From: Acaryochloris marina S15
Lineage (GTDB): Bacteria; Cyanobacteriota; Cyanobacteriia; Thermosynechococcales; Thermosynechococcaceae
Reading direction: 5' to 3'
Assembly (NCBI RefSeq): GCF_018336915.1
Contig: NZ_CP064924.1
Coordinates: forward strand, 210,001 to 242,000
DNA length: 32,000 nt
Under the pieces are notes generated by a model that made no database searches, was not told the DNA's origin, and saw only the letters and a list, made by a program, of their open reading frames with translations. Made by a program: the position numbers and the translations under genes. This document shows, in pieces, positions 14,937 through 23,769 of the stretch (positions are counted from its first letter, which is position 1; each line of letters begins with the position of its first letter).

Positions 14937-17900
14937 GCATCGGCAAACCTGAACGAGTCACCCAGAATCGAGTCGTTGACCTCTTCCGCGACGAACTCAG
15001 CTACGACTACCTTGGTAATTGGGAATATCGTGAAAGCAACAGCAACATCGAAGACCCGCTACTGACCAATTACCTCAATCAAAAAGGCTATACCCCCAAG
15101 CAAATCAGCTCAGCCCTCTACATTCTGCACATAGAAGCCGATAACCCCAACCGCAGCCTCTACGACAACAACAAAGAGATCTACAGCCTGCTCCGCTATG
15201 GCGTCCAGGTCAAACCCAGTGCTAGCGAGAATACCGAAACTGTTCAACTCATCAACTGGGAGAATCCTGAGCAAAACCACTTTGCCATTGCTGAAGAAGT
15301 CACCGTCTACGGTAACAAAGAAAAACGCCCCGATATTGTCCTCTACCTCAACGGCATCGCCATCGGCGTTCTAGAACTCAAAAACAGCCGCGTCTCTATT
15401 GGTGATGGCATCCGCCAAAGCCTCACAAACCAACGTCCTGAATTCATCGGAGCCTTCTTCAGCACCGTCCAGATCATCTTCGCAGGCAACGACACCGAAG
15501 GGCTTCAATACGGTGCAATCGGTACCCCCGAGAAATACTTCCTCAAATGGAAGGAAGACGAACAAGACAACAGCCGTTACAAACTCGACAAGTACCTGCT
15601 CAAAATCTGCAACAAACAGCGCCTCCTCGACCTTATCCATAACTTTGTCCTCTTCGACGCAGGTACTAAAAAACTGCCTCGCGTTCACCAATACTTCGGC
15701 ATCAAAGCCGCCCAAGACCATGTGCGTCGTTCAGAAGGCGGCATCATCTGGCACACCCAAGGCAGTGGCAAAAGCATTACGATGGTCCTCCTCGCTAAAT
15801 GGACCCTCGCCAATAACCCCAACGCCCGTATCGTCATCGTCACCGACCGTGACGAACTTGATAAACAAATCAAAAACGTTTTCAACGATGCCGGTGAAAC
15901 CATCTCCCGTACCCGCAGCGGTAAAGACCTGATGGCCCAACTCGGCCAAGCCAAGCCTCGCCTCCTCTGCTCCCTGGTTCATAAATTCGGCAAACGCAAC
16001 GTCAAAAACTTCGATCAGTTCATCACAGATCTAGAAGCGCAACCCAGTCCCACCGTGGGCGAAGTCTTTGTCTTTGTCGATGAATGCCACCGCACCCAAA
16101 GCAAAAGGGGTAAACTCCACCGCACCATGAAAGCCCTGATGCCCGACGCCACCTTCATCGGCTTCACCGGCACCCCCCTCCTCAAAAAAGACAAAGCCAC
16201 CAGCATCGAAACCTTTGGCAGCTATATCCACACCTACAAGTTCAGCGAAGCCGTTGCTGATGAAATTGTCCTCGATCTAGTCTACGAAGCCCGTGATATC
16301 AACCAAACACTCGGTTCTGAAGATAGAGTCGATGCCTGGTTCGAAGCCAAAACCAAAGGTCTCAACGACTGGCAAAAAGCCGCTCTGCGAGAACAGTGGG
16401 GCACCATGCAAAAAGTTCTCAGCTCCCGCTCCCGCATGAATCGGGTGGTCAGTGATATCGTCTTCGACTTTGGTGTCAAACCCCGCCTCAGCAATGATCG
16501 TGGCAACGCTTTCCTCGTTGCCTCCAGCATCTACGAAGCCTGCAAGTACTACGAACTCTTCCAAAAGACCGTCTTCAAAGGCAAATGTGCCGTCGTCACC
16601 TCCTACAATCCCCAAACTAAACACATCACCACTGAAGACACCGGAGCCAACACTGAAACGGATAAAGAGTTTATCTTCAACCTCTACACCGAGCTGCTCA
16701 CCAACATCACTGCCCAACCCAATAAGACTAAAACCGAAACCTACGAAGACCAATCCAAAGAGCTTTTTAAAGACCAGCCCGCCAACATGAAGCTGCTGAT
16801 CGTCGTCGATAAACTGCTCACCGGTTTTGATGCCCCGAGCTGCACCTACCTCTACATCGACAAAAGCATGCAGGACCACGGCCTCTTCCAGGCCATCTGT
16901 CGTGTCAATCGTTTAGATGGCAATGATAAAGACTTTGGCTACATCGTCGATTACAAAGACCTGTTCCGCAAAGTTGAAAACGCCATCTCGGTCTACACCT
17001 CCGACCTCGACCACGGCGACCTCGAAGGCGGTGACTCTGAAATTCTATTGCAAGACCACCTCACCAAAGGTCGCCATCGTCTGGATGATGCCATCGAAGA
17101 GATTGTCCTTCTGTGTGAACCGGTCCAACCTCCTCGGGACGAACTCGACTATATCCACTACTTCTGTGGCAATACTGAACTCCCAGAAGACCTCAAACTT
17201 CGTGAACCCCAGCGGGTTGCTCTTTACAAAGCCACAGCCGCCCTCGTCCGAGCCTATGCCAACATCGCCGATGCCTTAGAAGCCGCAGGCTACGGCCCAG
17301 CGGACATCGCCCGCATCAAAAAACGACTCGATGACACCCTCAACCTCCGGGAAATCATCCGCAAAGCCAGCAATGAAACCATCGATCTCAAAGCCTATGA
17401 AGCGGATATGCGCCACCTGATCGACACCTACATCGAAGCCAGTGAATCCCGCAAAATCTCACCCTTCGATGAGATGCCGTTACTAGAGATTATCGCCAAA
17501 GTTGGCATCGACAAAGCCATTGATGACCTACCTCCAGGTCTGAAGCGCAATAACCAAGCCGTCGCTGAAACCATTGAGAATAACGTCCGCAGCACCATCG
17601 TCCAAGAAAGCCTCCGTGACCCTGCCTACTATGCCAAAATGTCCGCTCTCCTCGACGAGATTATTGAAGCGCGCCAACAGAAAGCGATTGAGTACGAAGA
17701 CTATTTGCAGCAGGTTGCAGAACTGGTCAAACAAGTGGATGCAGGCCAATCTGAGGATACCCCGGAGCAACTTAACACCCCCGGTCGTCGAGCACTGTAT
17801 AACCTATTAAGACAAGATGCCCTCGGCATAGGTCCAGAGAATGACTCAGATCCTTCTACCTCCACCGACCAGTCACAGGAAGCCGACCTTCTGGAATGCG

Positions 17901-18064
17901 TTACCCAAATCGATGAGACGATCAGGAGAGTGCGCCCCGACGCATGGCGAGACAACGGGGGTCCAAAAGAGCAGCAGATTAAAACCGCACTTTATGGGAT
18001 TCTTCAAGATGTTGATAAAGTTGAACAGATTTTTCTGATTATCAAGGCGCAACTAGAGTATTAG
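14933..18064 (+). CDS. hsdR: type I restriction endonuclease subunit R
   Basis: 1043 aa. The Walker A motif is HTQGSGKSITM, the DEAH-box motif DECH is at 16079-16090, and TGTPL is present. It is coupled to hsdS by a 4-nt overlap. Confidence 0.9.
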   Translation: MSIGKPERVTQNRVVDLFRDELSYDYLGNWEYRESNSNIEDPLLTNYLNQKGYTPKQISSALYILHIEADNPNRSLYDNNKEIYSLLRYGVQVKPSASENTETVQLINWENPEQNHFAIAEEVTVYGNKEKRPDIVLYLNGIAIGVLELKNSRVSIGDGIRQSLTNQRPEFIGAFFSTVQIIFAGNDTEGLQYGAIGTPEKYFLKWKEDEQDNSRYKLDKYLLKICNKQRLLDLIHNFVLFDAGTKKLPRVHQYFGIKAAQDHVRRSEGGIIWHTQGSGKSITMVLLAKWTLANNPNARIVIVTDRDELDKQIKNVFNDAGETISRTRSGKDLMAQLGQAKPRLLCSLVHKFGKRNVKNFDQFITDLEAQPSPTVGEVFVFVDECHRTQSKRGKLHRTMKALMPDATFIGFTGTPLLKKDKATSIETFGSYIHTYKFSEAVADEIVLDLVYEARDINQTLGSEDRVDAWFEAKTKGLNDWQKAALREQWGTMQKVLSSRSRMNRVVSDIVFDFGVKPRLSNDRGNAFLVASSIYEACKYYELFQKTVFKGKCAVVTSYNPQTKHITTEDTGANTETDKEFIFNLYTELLTNITAQPNKTKTETYEDQSKELFKDQPANMKLLIVVDKLLTGFDAPSCTYLYIDKSMQDHGLFQAICRVNRLDGNDKDFGYIVDYKDLFRKVENAISVYTSDLDHGDLEGGDSEILLQDHLTKGRHRLDDAIEEIVLLCEPVQPPRDELDYIHYFCGNTELPEDLKLREPQRVALYKATAALVRAYANIADALEAAGYGPADIARIKKRLDDTLNLREIIRKASNETIDLKAYEADMRHLIDTYIEASESRKISPFDEMPLLEIIAKVGIDKAIDDLPPGLKRNNQAVAETIENNVRSTIVQESLRDPAYYAKMSALLDEIIEARQQKAIEYEDYLQQVAELVKQVDAGQSEDTPEQLNTPGRRALYNLLRQDALGIGPENDSDPSTSTDQSQEADLLECVTQIDETIRRVRPDAWRDNGGPKEQQIKTALYGILQDVDKVEQIFLIIKAQLEY

Positions 18065-18079
18065 CAGGGTTTGCAGAAT

Positions 18080-18802
18080 ATGGATGAAAGACAAACCATC
18101 GAACTGGGCGATATCACCGTAGACGTCGTGAAAAAGGACATCAAGAATCTCCACCTCAGCGTCTATCCCCCCAACGGCAATGTGCGGATCTCAGCACCGC
18201 AGCGAATGGATCTAGCCACCATCCGCCTCTTTGCTGTCTCTAAACTGCGATGGATTAAACAGGAACAGCGTAAGCAACGCGCTCAAGAACGGGAAGCCCC
18301 CCGCGAATACCTCAACCGGGAAAGTCACTATCTGTGGGGCAAACGCTATCTCCTAGACGTAGTGGAGAAGGATGCTCCCCCTAACCTCAATCACAACCAT
18401 AGCCAAATGACCCTGCAAGTCCGCCCAGGGGCCGATGCCGCTAAGAAGCGTGCCATCATTGATGAGTCCTATCGTCAGCAACTCAAGTCAGCCATCCCTC
18501 CCTTGATCGCTAAATGGGAACAGCTTATGGGGGTGACAGTGGCTGACTTCACCGTCAGGAAGATGAAAACTAAATGGGGAAGCTGTAGTCCAGAGTCAAG
18601 AACGATTCGGTTCAATCTAGACTTAGCGAAGAAGCCCCCTGCTTTTCTTGAATATGTGGTTGTTCATGAGATGGTTCACTTGTTAGAGCCAACCCATAAC
18701 TCCCATTTCATCGCATTGATGGATAAATTCATGCCCAAATGGAAGTTTTATAGAGACGTCCTGAACCGTCTGCCCCTCTCTTATAAACGTTGGGACAAGT
18801 AG
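18080..18802 (+). CDS. M48/YgjP-like (DUF45, COG1451) zinc metallopeptidase
   Basis: HEMVH (HExxH) is at 18666-18680, within WGSCS...IRFN...VVVHEMVHLLEPTHNSHF. The start is either the ATG at 18080 or the TTG at 18071. It begins 7-16 nt after the hsdR stop. Confidence 0.8.
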   Translation: MDERQTIELGDITVDVVKKDIKNLHLSVYPPNGNVRISAPQRMDLATIRLFAVSKLRWIKQEQRKQRAQEREAPREYLNRESHYLWGKRYLLDVVEKDAPPNLNHNHSQMTLQVRPGADAAKKRAIIDESYRQQLKSAIPPLIAKWEQLMGVTVADFTVRKMKTKWGSCSPESRTIRFNLDLAKKPPAFLEYVVVHEMVHLLEPTHNSHFIALMDKFMPKWKFYRDVLNRLPLSYKRWDK

Positions 18803-19024
18803 ATGATTTTAAGATGATAATATCTCGATAAACAGATAAAAGTAATTTAGATAGTGAAGTTATAAAGAAGAAAATCTAAGTTTAAAAAGAACAAATAAAT
18901 AGTAAATACTTTCAAGACTGATTTTCTAGAAAACTATATCTGTAGTTCAAATCTCTATTTTTGCGTGGGCACACTATAAATAGAATTCAATATTGACACG
19001 ATTAAATCTTTTGGAAGAGTAAAT

Positions 19025-19489
19025 ATGTCCCCACATAGCGGAAACCTATCTATTGGTGACTGGGTTGTTCTGACTAAGAAGGGTGCTAAAGCACACCGTG
19101 AGCATCATCAGAACATGTCGCTTACAACCGGTGCCTTAACTGGTGCTGTTATGCTTCCACTAGCTTTGCCTGGAGGATTTCTTGCTACTATTGGCATTGT
19201 CGGTGGCGGTGCTGGTATAGCAGTTGCTGGAACAACTCAGGCTGCGGTAGGAGCAGCAGGTGGAGCAGGAGTTCTATCACATATCAAACGCTATTTGGAG
19301 AATCATCCTGAAGCCCAAGCCATCGGGGTAATCAAAGACAAGCAAAGACGTTGGTTTGGACAAGACGGTCACGATTATGAAGTTGTATGGTCGAATGAAG
19401 AGCCTCTTGGTAAAAGTAGCTGGCACCTCAGCAAACATTTATTAAAAATTGATCCACCTTCAGGACCATCAGAAATACCTATCACCTAA
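19025..19489 (+). CDS. hypothetical membrane protein with Gly/Ala-rich hydrophobic core
   Basis: 154 aa. GALTGAVMLPLALPGGFLATIGIVGGGAGIAVAGTTQAAVGAAGGAG is followed by a soluble tail. The gene is preceded by a 220-bp AT-rich spacer. No family recognised. Confidence 0.5.
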   Translation: MSPHSGNLSIGDWVVLTKKGAKAHREHHQNMSLTTGALTGAVMLPLALPGGFLATIGIVGGGAGIAVAGTTQAAVGAAGGAGVLSHIKRYLENHPEAQAIGVIKDKQRRWFGQDGHDYEVVWSNEEPLGKSSWHLSKHLLKIDPPSGPSEIPIT

Positions 19490-19695
19490 CAGAATTGTGA
19501 AAAACTGATCTCTCTTGAATATATATCTCTGTCAGCAGAATTCGGCTGGGTTAGCTCATTAACCCGGAAAACAGACGGAAGTAGATCGGTCTGGTCATGC
19601 AATCTAAACACTGAGATCTCCAAGGATGGTGTCTGGAGAGACAGTGTTGCTAGGGGTTAGCCTGAACCTGTAGTGGATTTGGGGGCAGGGAAAAT

Positions 19696-19715
19696 CCTGT
19701 TAGCTGTCTAACAGG
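19696..19715 (-). terminator. short perfect hairpin downstream of the 126-aa gene
   Basis: cctgttag-ctgt-ctaacagg, a perfect 8-bp stem. On the minus strand it is followed by atttt, which is a weak T tract. Confidence 0.3.
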
Positions 19716-19765
19716 GATATAGGCAAATTGTAGGGGCAAGCCAAAATTTTAACTTCAAAGCTGAG

Positions 19766-20146
19766 TTATCGAGCCTGTTCCTGCTGCTGTTGCCTGAACG
19801 CTTGCTGGAACTTAGCAAGAACTTCAGAGCCAAGCCGTTCTTTGTAAACTGAAATTTCAGGATACGAACCCTCATGGAAGGACATGATTTTTTCACAGGC
19901 CCCGCTTGAGTCAGTACGGATAAAAACCGTTCCTTTAGGGTTTGGCTGAGGTCTTTTGTATGTCTCTCTTATTTCGTGGTATTGACTCCCCTCATGCTCC
20001 ACAGTCATTGCAACCACAGCGCTTTCTGGGCGTGCCTCTGGCCTTTCGATGAGTGAGTTATAGCACTCGTTAACGGCGGGATTTGCCTTAGCGGGCATAG
20101 CCGGGACTATGCTCATTAAAATTAGTAACGGTAAAAGTTTCTTCAT
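19766..20146 (-). CDS. small secreted protein (signal peptide), hypothetical
   Basis: MKKLLPLLILMSIVPAMPAKA is a signal peptide. A strong AAGGAG lies 8 nt upstream of the ATG, immediately after the stop of the hydrolase gene. Confidence 0.6.
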   Translation of the reverse strand: MKKLLPLLILMSIVPAMPAKANPAVNECYNSLIERPEARPESAVVAMTVEHEGSQYHEIRETYKRPQPNPKGTVFIRTDSSGACEKIMSFHEGSYPEISVYKERLGSEVLAKFQQAFRQQQQEQAR

Positions 20147-20163
20147 GGTTTTTGTCTCCTTTT

Positions 20164-23100
20164 TTATTGTGGTGTGTTAAAAGTCCCTACAGGGGGCAGA
20201 TTGAAATGTTTACGGGGATCTACCTCTACTCCCGAGTTGCGATCGCCAGTAACGTAGCCTTCGATTACGCCTAAATCAATGTGAGGCCCTGTTGATCCTC
20301 CTGTTGATCCAACTTCCCCGATTGGTTGGCCGGGATCTACAGTATCCCCCGCTTTTACGTAATTAACTTTGTTGTGGCCATACCAGGTAGCCAAGCCGTT
20401 CCCGTGGTCAATCAGGATCCAGTTTCCATAAAGGCCGTTCCATTTACTCTCGACAACTACCCCGCCATCCGCAGCGACAAAAGGTGTCCCCTCATAATGG
20501 GCAAGGTCGATTCCATGATGGAAGCTTTGCCTTCCTGTGGTTGGGCTAATTCTTGGGCCGTAATTACTTGTCAGCTTGTAATCGTACTTAGCCAAGGGAT
20601 CGGAAAGCCTACCTGACGCAACCCCCGAACCCTGTACAAAATTACTATTGTCAATGTTGCTCTGACCAGGGCCATTACTAGGTCTACAAGGCAACCTCCT
20701 AGACGCCACACCAACAGGCTCATTCGTTGAAGCATCCCCAGTCGGACCATATTTCTCAAAATTCGCTGGATTGCTCCAAACTGCACTTTGTTGAGGACCA
20801 CCCGGCAGCGAAGGCCACTGTAGTGGCCTCAACACCCGATCCGCCAGGGCAAAATCCCCTCTCTGAATCGCGGCCATCAGATCCACATTCTTCTCAGCAC
20901 CAATAATCTTGATCCACTCCACCGCTGCTTGAGCCGCAACCGCTCGGTCTCGTGTCCAGCCATCTATTCCTGTTCGTTGCAGAAGACTAGTTCTAGACTC
21001 TGGAGTGAACTGGTAAATACCGTAAGCGCCTGTCTCAGAATTGGGCTTCCAATTGGTCCCGTCAGTGCTTTCGCCTATTCTGATTCGGGCGAGATACTGC
21101 CTGAGATTATGGTCAGGATCAGCAGGGGTTGAGGTTGTGCTTCCCTGGCGACTCACTGAACCTGGTCTACCCGGAATACCCTGCAATTGCGGCGCACCTG
21201 ACGCTCCATCAATCGGTTGAAGGACGCCATTAGATGACGCAGTAGTACCTTTATTCTGACTCCCAGCCGCATTCGCAAAGGTCTGTTGCGCCTGACTTGT
21301 CCCCACAAACCGCCAGTGCCAAGGCTCAAATATAACGCCTTGGCTATTCCCCTGGGGAAATGACAACTCAAACCCGTACTTCCCGGCATTGGCTTGCATC
21401 CAGGCATATTCAGGTGTCTGTGCCCAAGACTCATTCAGGCTGGCATTCTGGTTGTTGCCTACATCCACCGCTAGACCCGTGTGGTGCTCACTATATCCAG
21501 GTGGAGCAACTGACTTGGCAACTTCTTCAGCAGATTGGTTCGCCAACTTTCTATCCCAATTAGCCTGCTGATGAGACACGGATCGGAAGCCTGATACTGC
21601 TTTAATATCCAACCCTTGAGCCGCTGCATCTGCTCTCAGTTGCTCAAAGGCTTGGGCTGCATCTGGGGCTAGGGTTTCCTGTACTCCATCGACGGAGATC
21701 ACGTTGACCAATTGACCCGTGTTTTCTGCATAGGCTAAGTGACCATATTTTGAATTCGATGGAGAGACATCACTCTGGCCCGACGCGGCAATAAGCTGAT
21801 TGGGGTCACAGTACACCTGACTGAGGCCCGCTGCCGTCAACGCCCGGTCTCTGAACTTGGCAATCTCAGCAGGCAGACTTCTTCGACTCGCCACTAGGAA
21901 CAAGCCCCCTTCCCGGACGGTGAACGGTGTGGGGATCACAATGAAGTGGGGGGTACACTGCTCTCCCAGAATCGGGATGGAGTAGCAGAACTGGATGGCA
22001 AGATGCAGCCTCGCCGTGCTGGGCTTATCAGGATATTCTTTAATATTCTTCAACACAAACTTAGTATTGGAGCCTGTACCAAAGGGATGGATGCCTGCAG
22101 GTTCCCAACCCCCATTCACCCACTTCATGAGTCCCTTACCACCCTTCACGCCTTGACCGTTCTTGCCCTTGGAGTGCCCCTGTACCCATTGCTTACCTTC
22201 AATATCATCATCCCCCGTTACTTGGGCGAGAGGAGAGCTAATAAACTTCCGCATCTCAAAGTGAGGACAGTTGTCTGCTCTCTGGTTTTTGGTTTTGCCA
22301 AGGGTGCATTTAATCGGTCTAAACTTCTGGTCTTCACTGCCACCCGATAAGGCATGTTGAACGGATGGCTCCTCTGGTCCTTCTACGCCACTGTAGGCGA
22401 TATCAAATCGGGCAAATAAGTCCCCAGCAAGGAAGCTAAAGGCCAAGCCAAAGGGCAGCTTATTGACTGGAATCTCAGACAGACCCGGAACAGAGTTGAT
22501 CAGTTCATCCTCTACCCCAGGTATTTCCTCAATCGCCAAGTCAGCAATCTTGGGTAGGGTCTGCTCAATGGGCTGATTGACGAGATCGGGAACCGCGCCC
22601 AAGGGTAAATCTTTCAGCTCTGGGACAGCCTTGATCACTTCCTTGACAGCAATATTCGTCCCCTTTGCCAGAATGTAGGCTTGCGCCCGCTTCCTCACCT
22701 GTTGCCAGTTGCCATTAATGACATCACCGACGAGAGGGACAATCTGATTGACGGGCAGCTTCTTGAGCGTTGGGCCAATCTTCTTACCAATGCCCGCTAA
22801 CTCAATCTGCTCAGCCTTAGAAATTACCCCCTGCCAGTTCCCCCGCGTTAGGTCTTGGAGAGGAATGCCTTTGAGAGCGGGAATCTTACTGAGCTTAGTA
22901 ATCAAAACTTTCTGGCCCGTGGACAGTGCCGCTTGCTGAAGGTGCTTCCCCGCTTGAGACGGGTCATGCAACACTCCTAATGCTGCTTGAATGGCAGGGG
23001 CGGCATCATCAACGGTGACTTTCTCGCCATTGTTGAGCTTGGTGTAGAGGTTATCGACTTCATCAACCGTCAGGCCATAAACGAGGGGCACATCTCCAAT

Positions 23101-23493
23101 GGGCACCCCAGCGATATTTGTCCCTTGCTGAGCGGAAATATCTCTCAAGGTGAGCTTGGTAAACCCAGCCGTGACAGGGTTCTGCTGCAAGTCTCCAAAT
23201 TTGAGGATTTGGTCAGGAGTTGCCCCCTGGGGCCATGCCCGATCAATCTGGTAGGGAAGCTGCACCCCATTGGGTAAGGGTGGGATTTCAACATACCCTG
23301 CCTGCTCTGCACTCGTGAGCTGCTGGAATGTCGGGGAAGGGCCAGGGTCTGGGTCATAGTAGAGGCCCGGTAAGTTGACTGGAGTATCCGGGCTGAGTGC
23401 AGCCGTCTGTTGCTGTTGCTGAGCAAGGACAGGGGCTATCTGCGTTAAGGAGGGCAGGCTAGCCAGGAAAAATGCAAGTAGTTTCTGTTTCAT
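20164..23493 (-). CDS. secreted multidomain peptidoglycan hydrolase: unknown N-terminal half + VanY/M15 D,D-carboxypeptidase + SLT-like lytic transglycosylase + M23 endopeptidase
   Basis: Signal peptide MKQKLLAFFLASLPSLTQIAPVLA. VanY block (about 21300-21640): SGFRS...PPGYSEHHTGLAVDV...FEPWHWRF. SLT-like block (about 20840-21108): IGESTDG...GAYGIYQF. M23 block (about 20167-20590): FHHGIDL...GNWILIDHGNGLATWYGH...GSTGGSTGPH. Confidence 0.85.
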   Translation of the reverse strand: MKQKLLAFFLASLPSLTQIAPVLAQQQQQTAALSPDTPVNLPGLYYDPDPGPSPTFQQLTSAEQAGYVEIPPLPNGVQLPYQIDRAWPQGATPDQILKFGDLQQNPVTAGFTKLTLRDISAQQGTNIAGVPIGDVPLVYGLTVDEVDNLYTKLNNGEKVTVDDAAPAIQAALGVLHDPSQAGKHLQQAALSTGQKVLITKLSKIPALKGIPLQDLTRGNWQGVISKAEQIELAGIGKKIGPTLKKLPVNQIVPLVGDVINGNWQQVRKRAQAYILAKGTNIAVKEVIKAVPELKDLPLGAVPDLVNQPIEQTLPKIADLAIEEIPGVEDELINSVPGLSEIPVNKLPFGLAFSFLAGDLFARFDIAYSGVEGPEEPSVQHALSGGSEDQKFRPIKCTLGKTKNQRADNCPHFEMRKFISSPLAQVTGDDDIEGKQWVQGHSKGKNGQGVKGGKGLMKWVNGGWEPAGIHPFGTGSNTKFVLKNIKEYPDKPSTARLHLAIQFCYSIPILGEQCTPHFIVIPTPFTVREGGLFLVASRRSLPAEIAKFRDRALTAAGLSQVYCDPNQLIAASGQSDVSPSNSKYGHLAYAENTGQLVNVISVDGVQETLAPDAAQAFEQLRADAAAQGLDIKAVSGFRSVSHQQANWDRKLANQSAEEVAKSVAPPGYSEHHTGLAVDVGNNQNASLNESWAQTPEYAWMQANAGKYGFELSFPQGNSQGVIFEPWHWRFVGTSQAQQTFANAAGSQNKGTTASSNGVLQPIDGASGAPQLQGIPGRPGSVSRQGSTTSTPADPDHNLRQYLARIRIGESTDGTNWKPNSETGAYGIYQFTPESRTSLLQRTGIDGWTRDRAVAAQAAVEWIKIIGAEKNVDLMAAIQRGDFALADRVLRPLQWPSLPGGPQQSAVWSNPANFEKYGPTGDASTNEPVGVASRRLPCRPSNGPGQSNIDNSNFVQGSGVASGRLSDPLAKYDYKLTSNYGPRISPTTGRQSFHHGIDLAHYEGTPFVAADGGVVVESKWNGLYGNWILIDHGNGLATWYGHNKVNYVKAGDTVDPGQPIGEVGSTGGSTGPHIDLGVIEGYVTGDRNSGVEVDPRKHFNLPPVGTFNTPQ

Positions 23494-23533
23494 AAGGGAA
23501 GGCTTTGATGCGATATAAGAATGTACCGCTAAG

Positions 23534-23616
23534 GAAAAACGGCCCCGATTGGAGCCGCTTTTTGAAGAACTAAATTGGGAAATTGAAGGCGATTTACTTA
23601 AGGGGAAAAATCTAGG
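23534..23616 (+). repeat. direct repeat copy A (pairs with 26009-26091)
   Basis: By hand, an ungapped alignment at a constant offset of 2475 nt gives roughly 75-80% identity over 83 bp: gaaaaacggcccc...tggagccgct...taaattgg...gcgatttactt...aaaat.c.agg. Weaker similarity continues to about 23680. Confidence 0.7.
23535..23563. terminator. bidirectional intrinsic-terminator-like hairpin inside repeat A
   Basis: aaaaa-cggcccc-gatt-ggagccg-cttttt. The stem is 7 bp with one C/A mismatch, flanked by A5 and T5. Confidence 0.5.
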
Positions 23617-23769
23617 GAATCATCACCCGGCAGCGCAAGGTGAGTAAGCAGAGGCACCGATCGAGTTGGCCGATCCATTGAGTGTATAGGTCAGAAGTTT
23701 TCGTGTGCTGACTCTCTCAAGTTACGATGCTGTGAGAAGTGGCCGTTTAAAGCATTATCGGGGTGTGGG

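Noticed and set aside
15371-17955. More than a dozen alternative-frame ORFs of 60-200 aa lie inside hsdR on both strands, for example 16277..16879 (minus, 200 aa).
   Set aside because: Their translations are low-complexity (S/T/P/K-rich or V/G/F/D-rich). They are explained by the extreme C-ending codon bias of hsdR, which depletes stop codons in the other frames.
10146-18996. The palindromic 11-mer TTCAATATTGA occurs at 10146-10156 (36 nt upstream of hsdM) and at 18986-18996 (downstream of the operon), so it could mark the boundaries of a mobile R-M cassette.
   Set aside because: Only 11 nt are shared and the flanks do not align. Many chance 11-mer pairs are expected in 32 kb. The first copy could still be an operator, but I cannot support that.
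19489-19766. Several short hairpins (gggtta..taaccc and tctcca..tggaga) in the convergent intergenic region might form a structured ncRNA.
   Set aside because: The stems are only 6 bp and I recognise no RNA family fold. No promoter or terminator pairing is evident apart from the 8-bp hairpin already listed.
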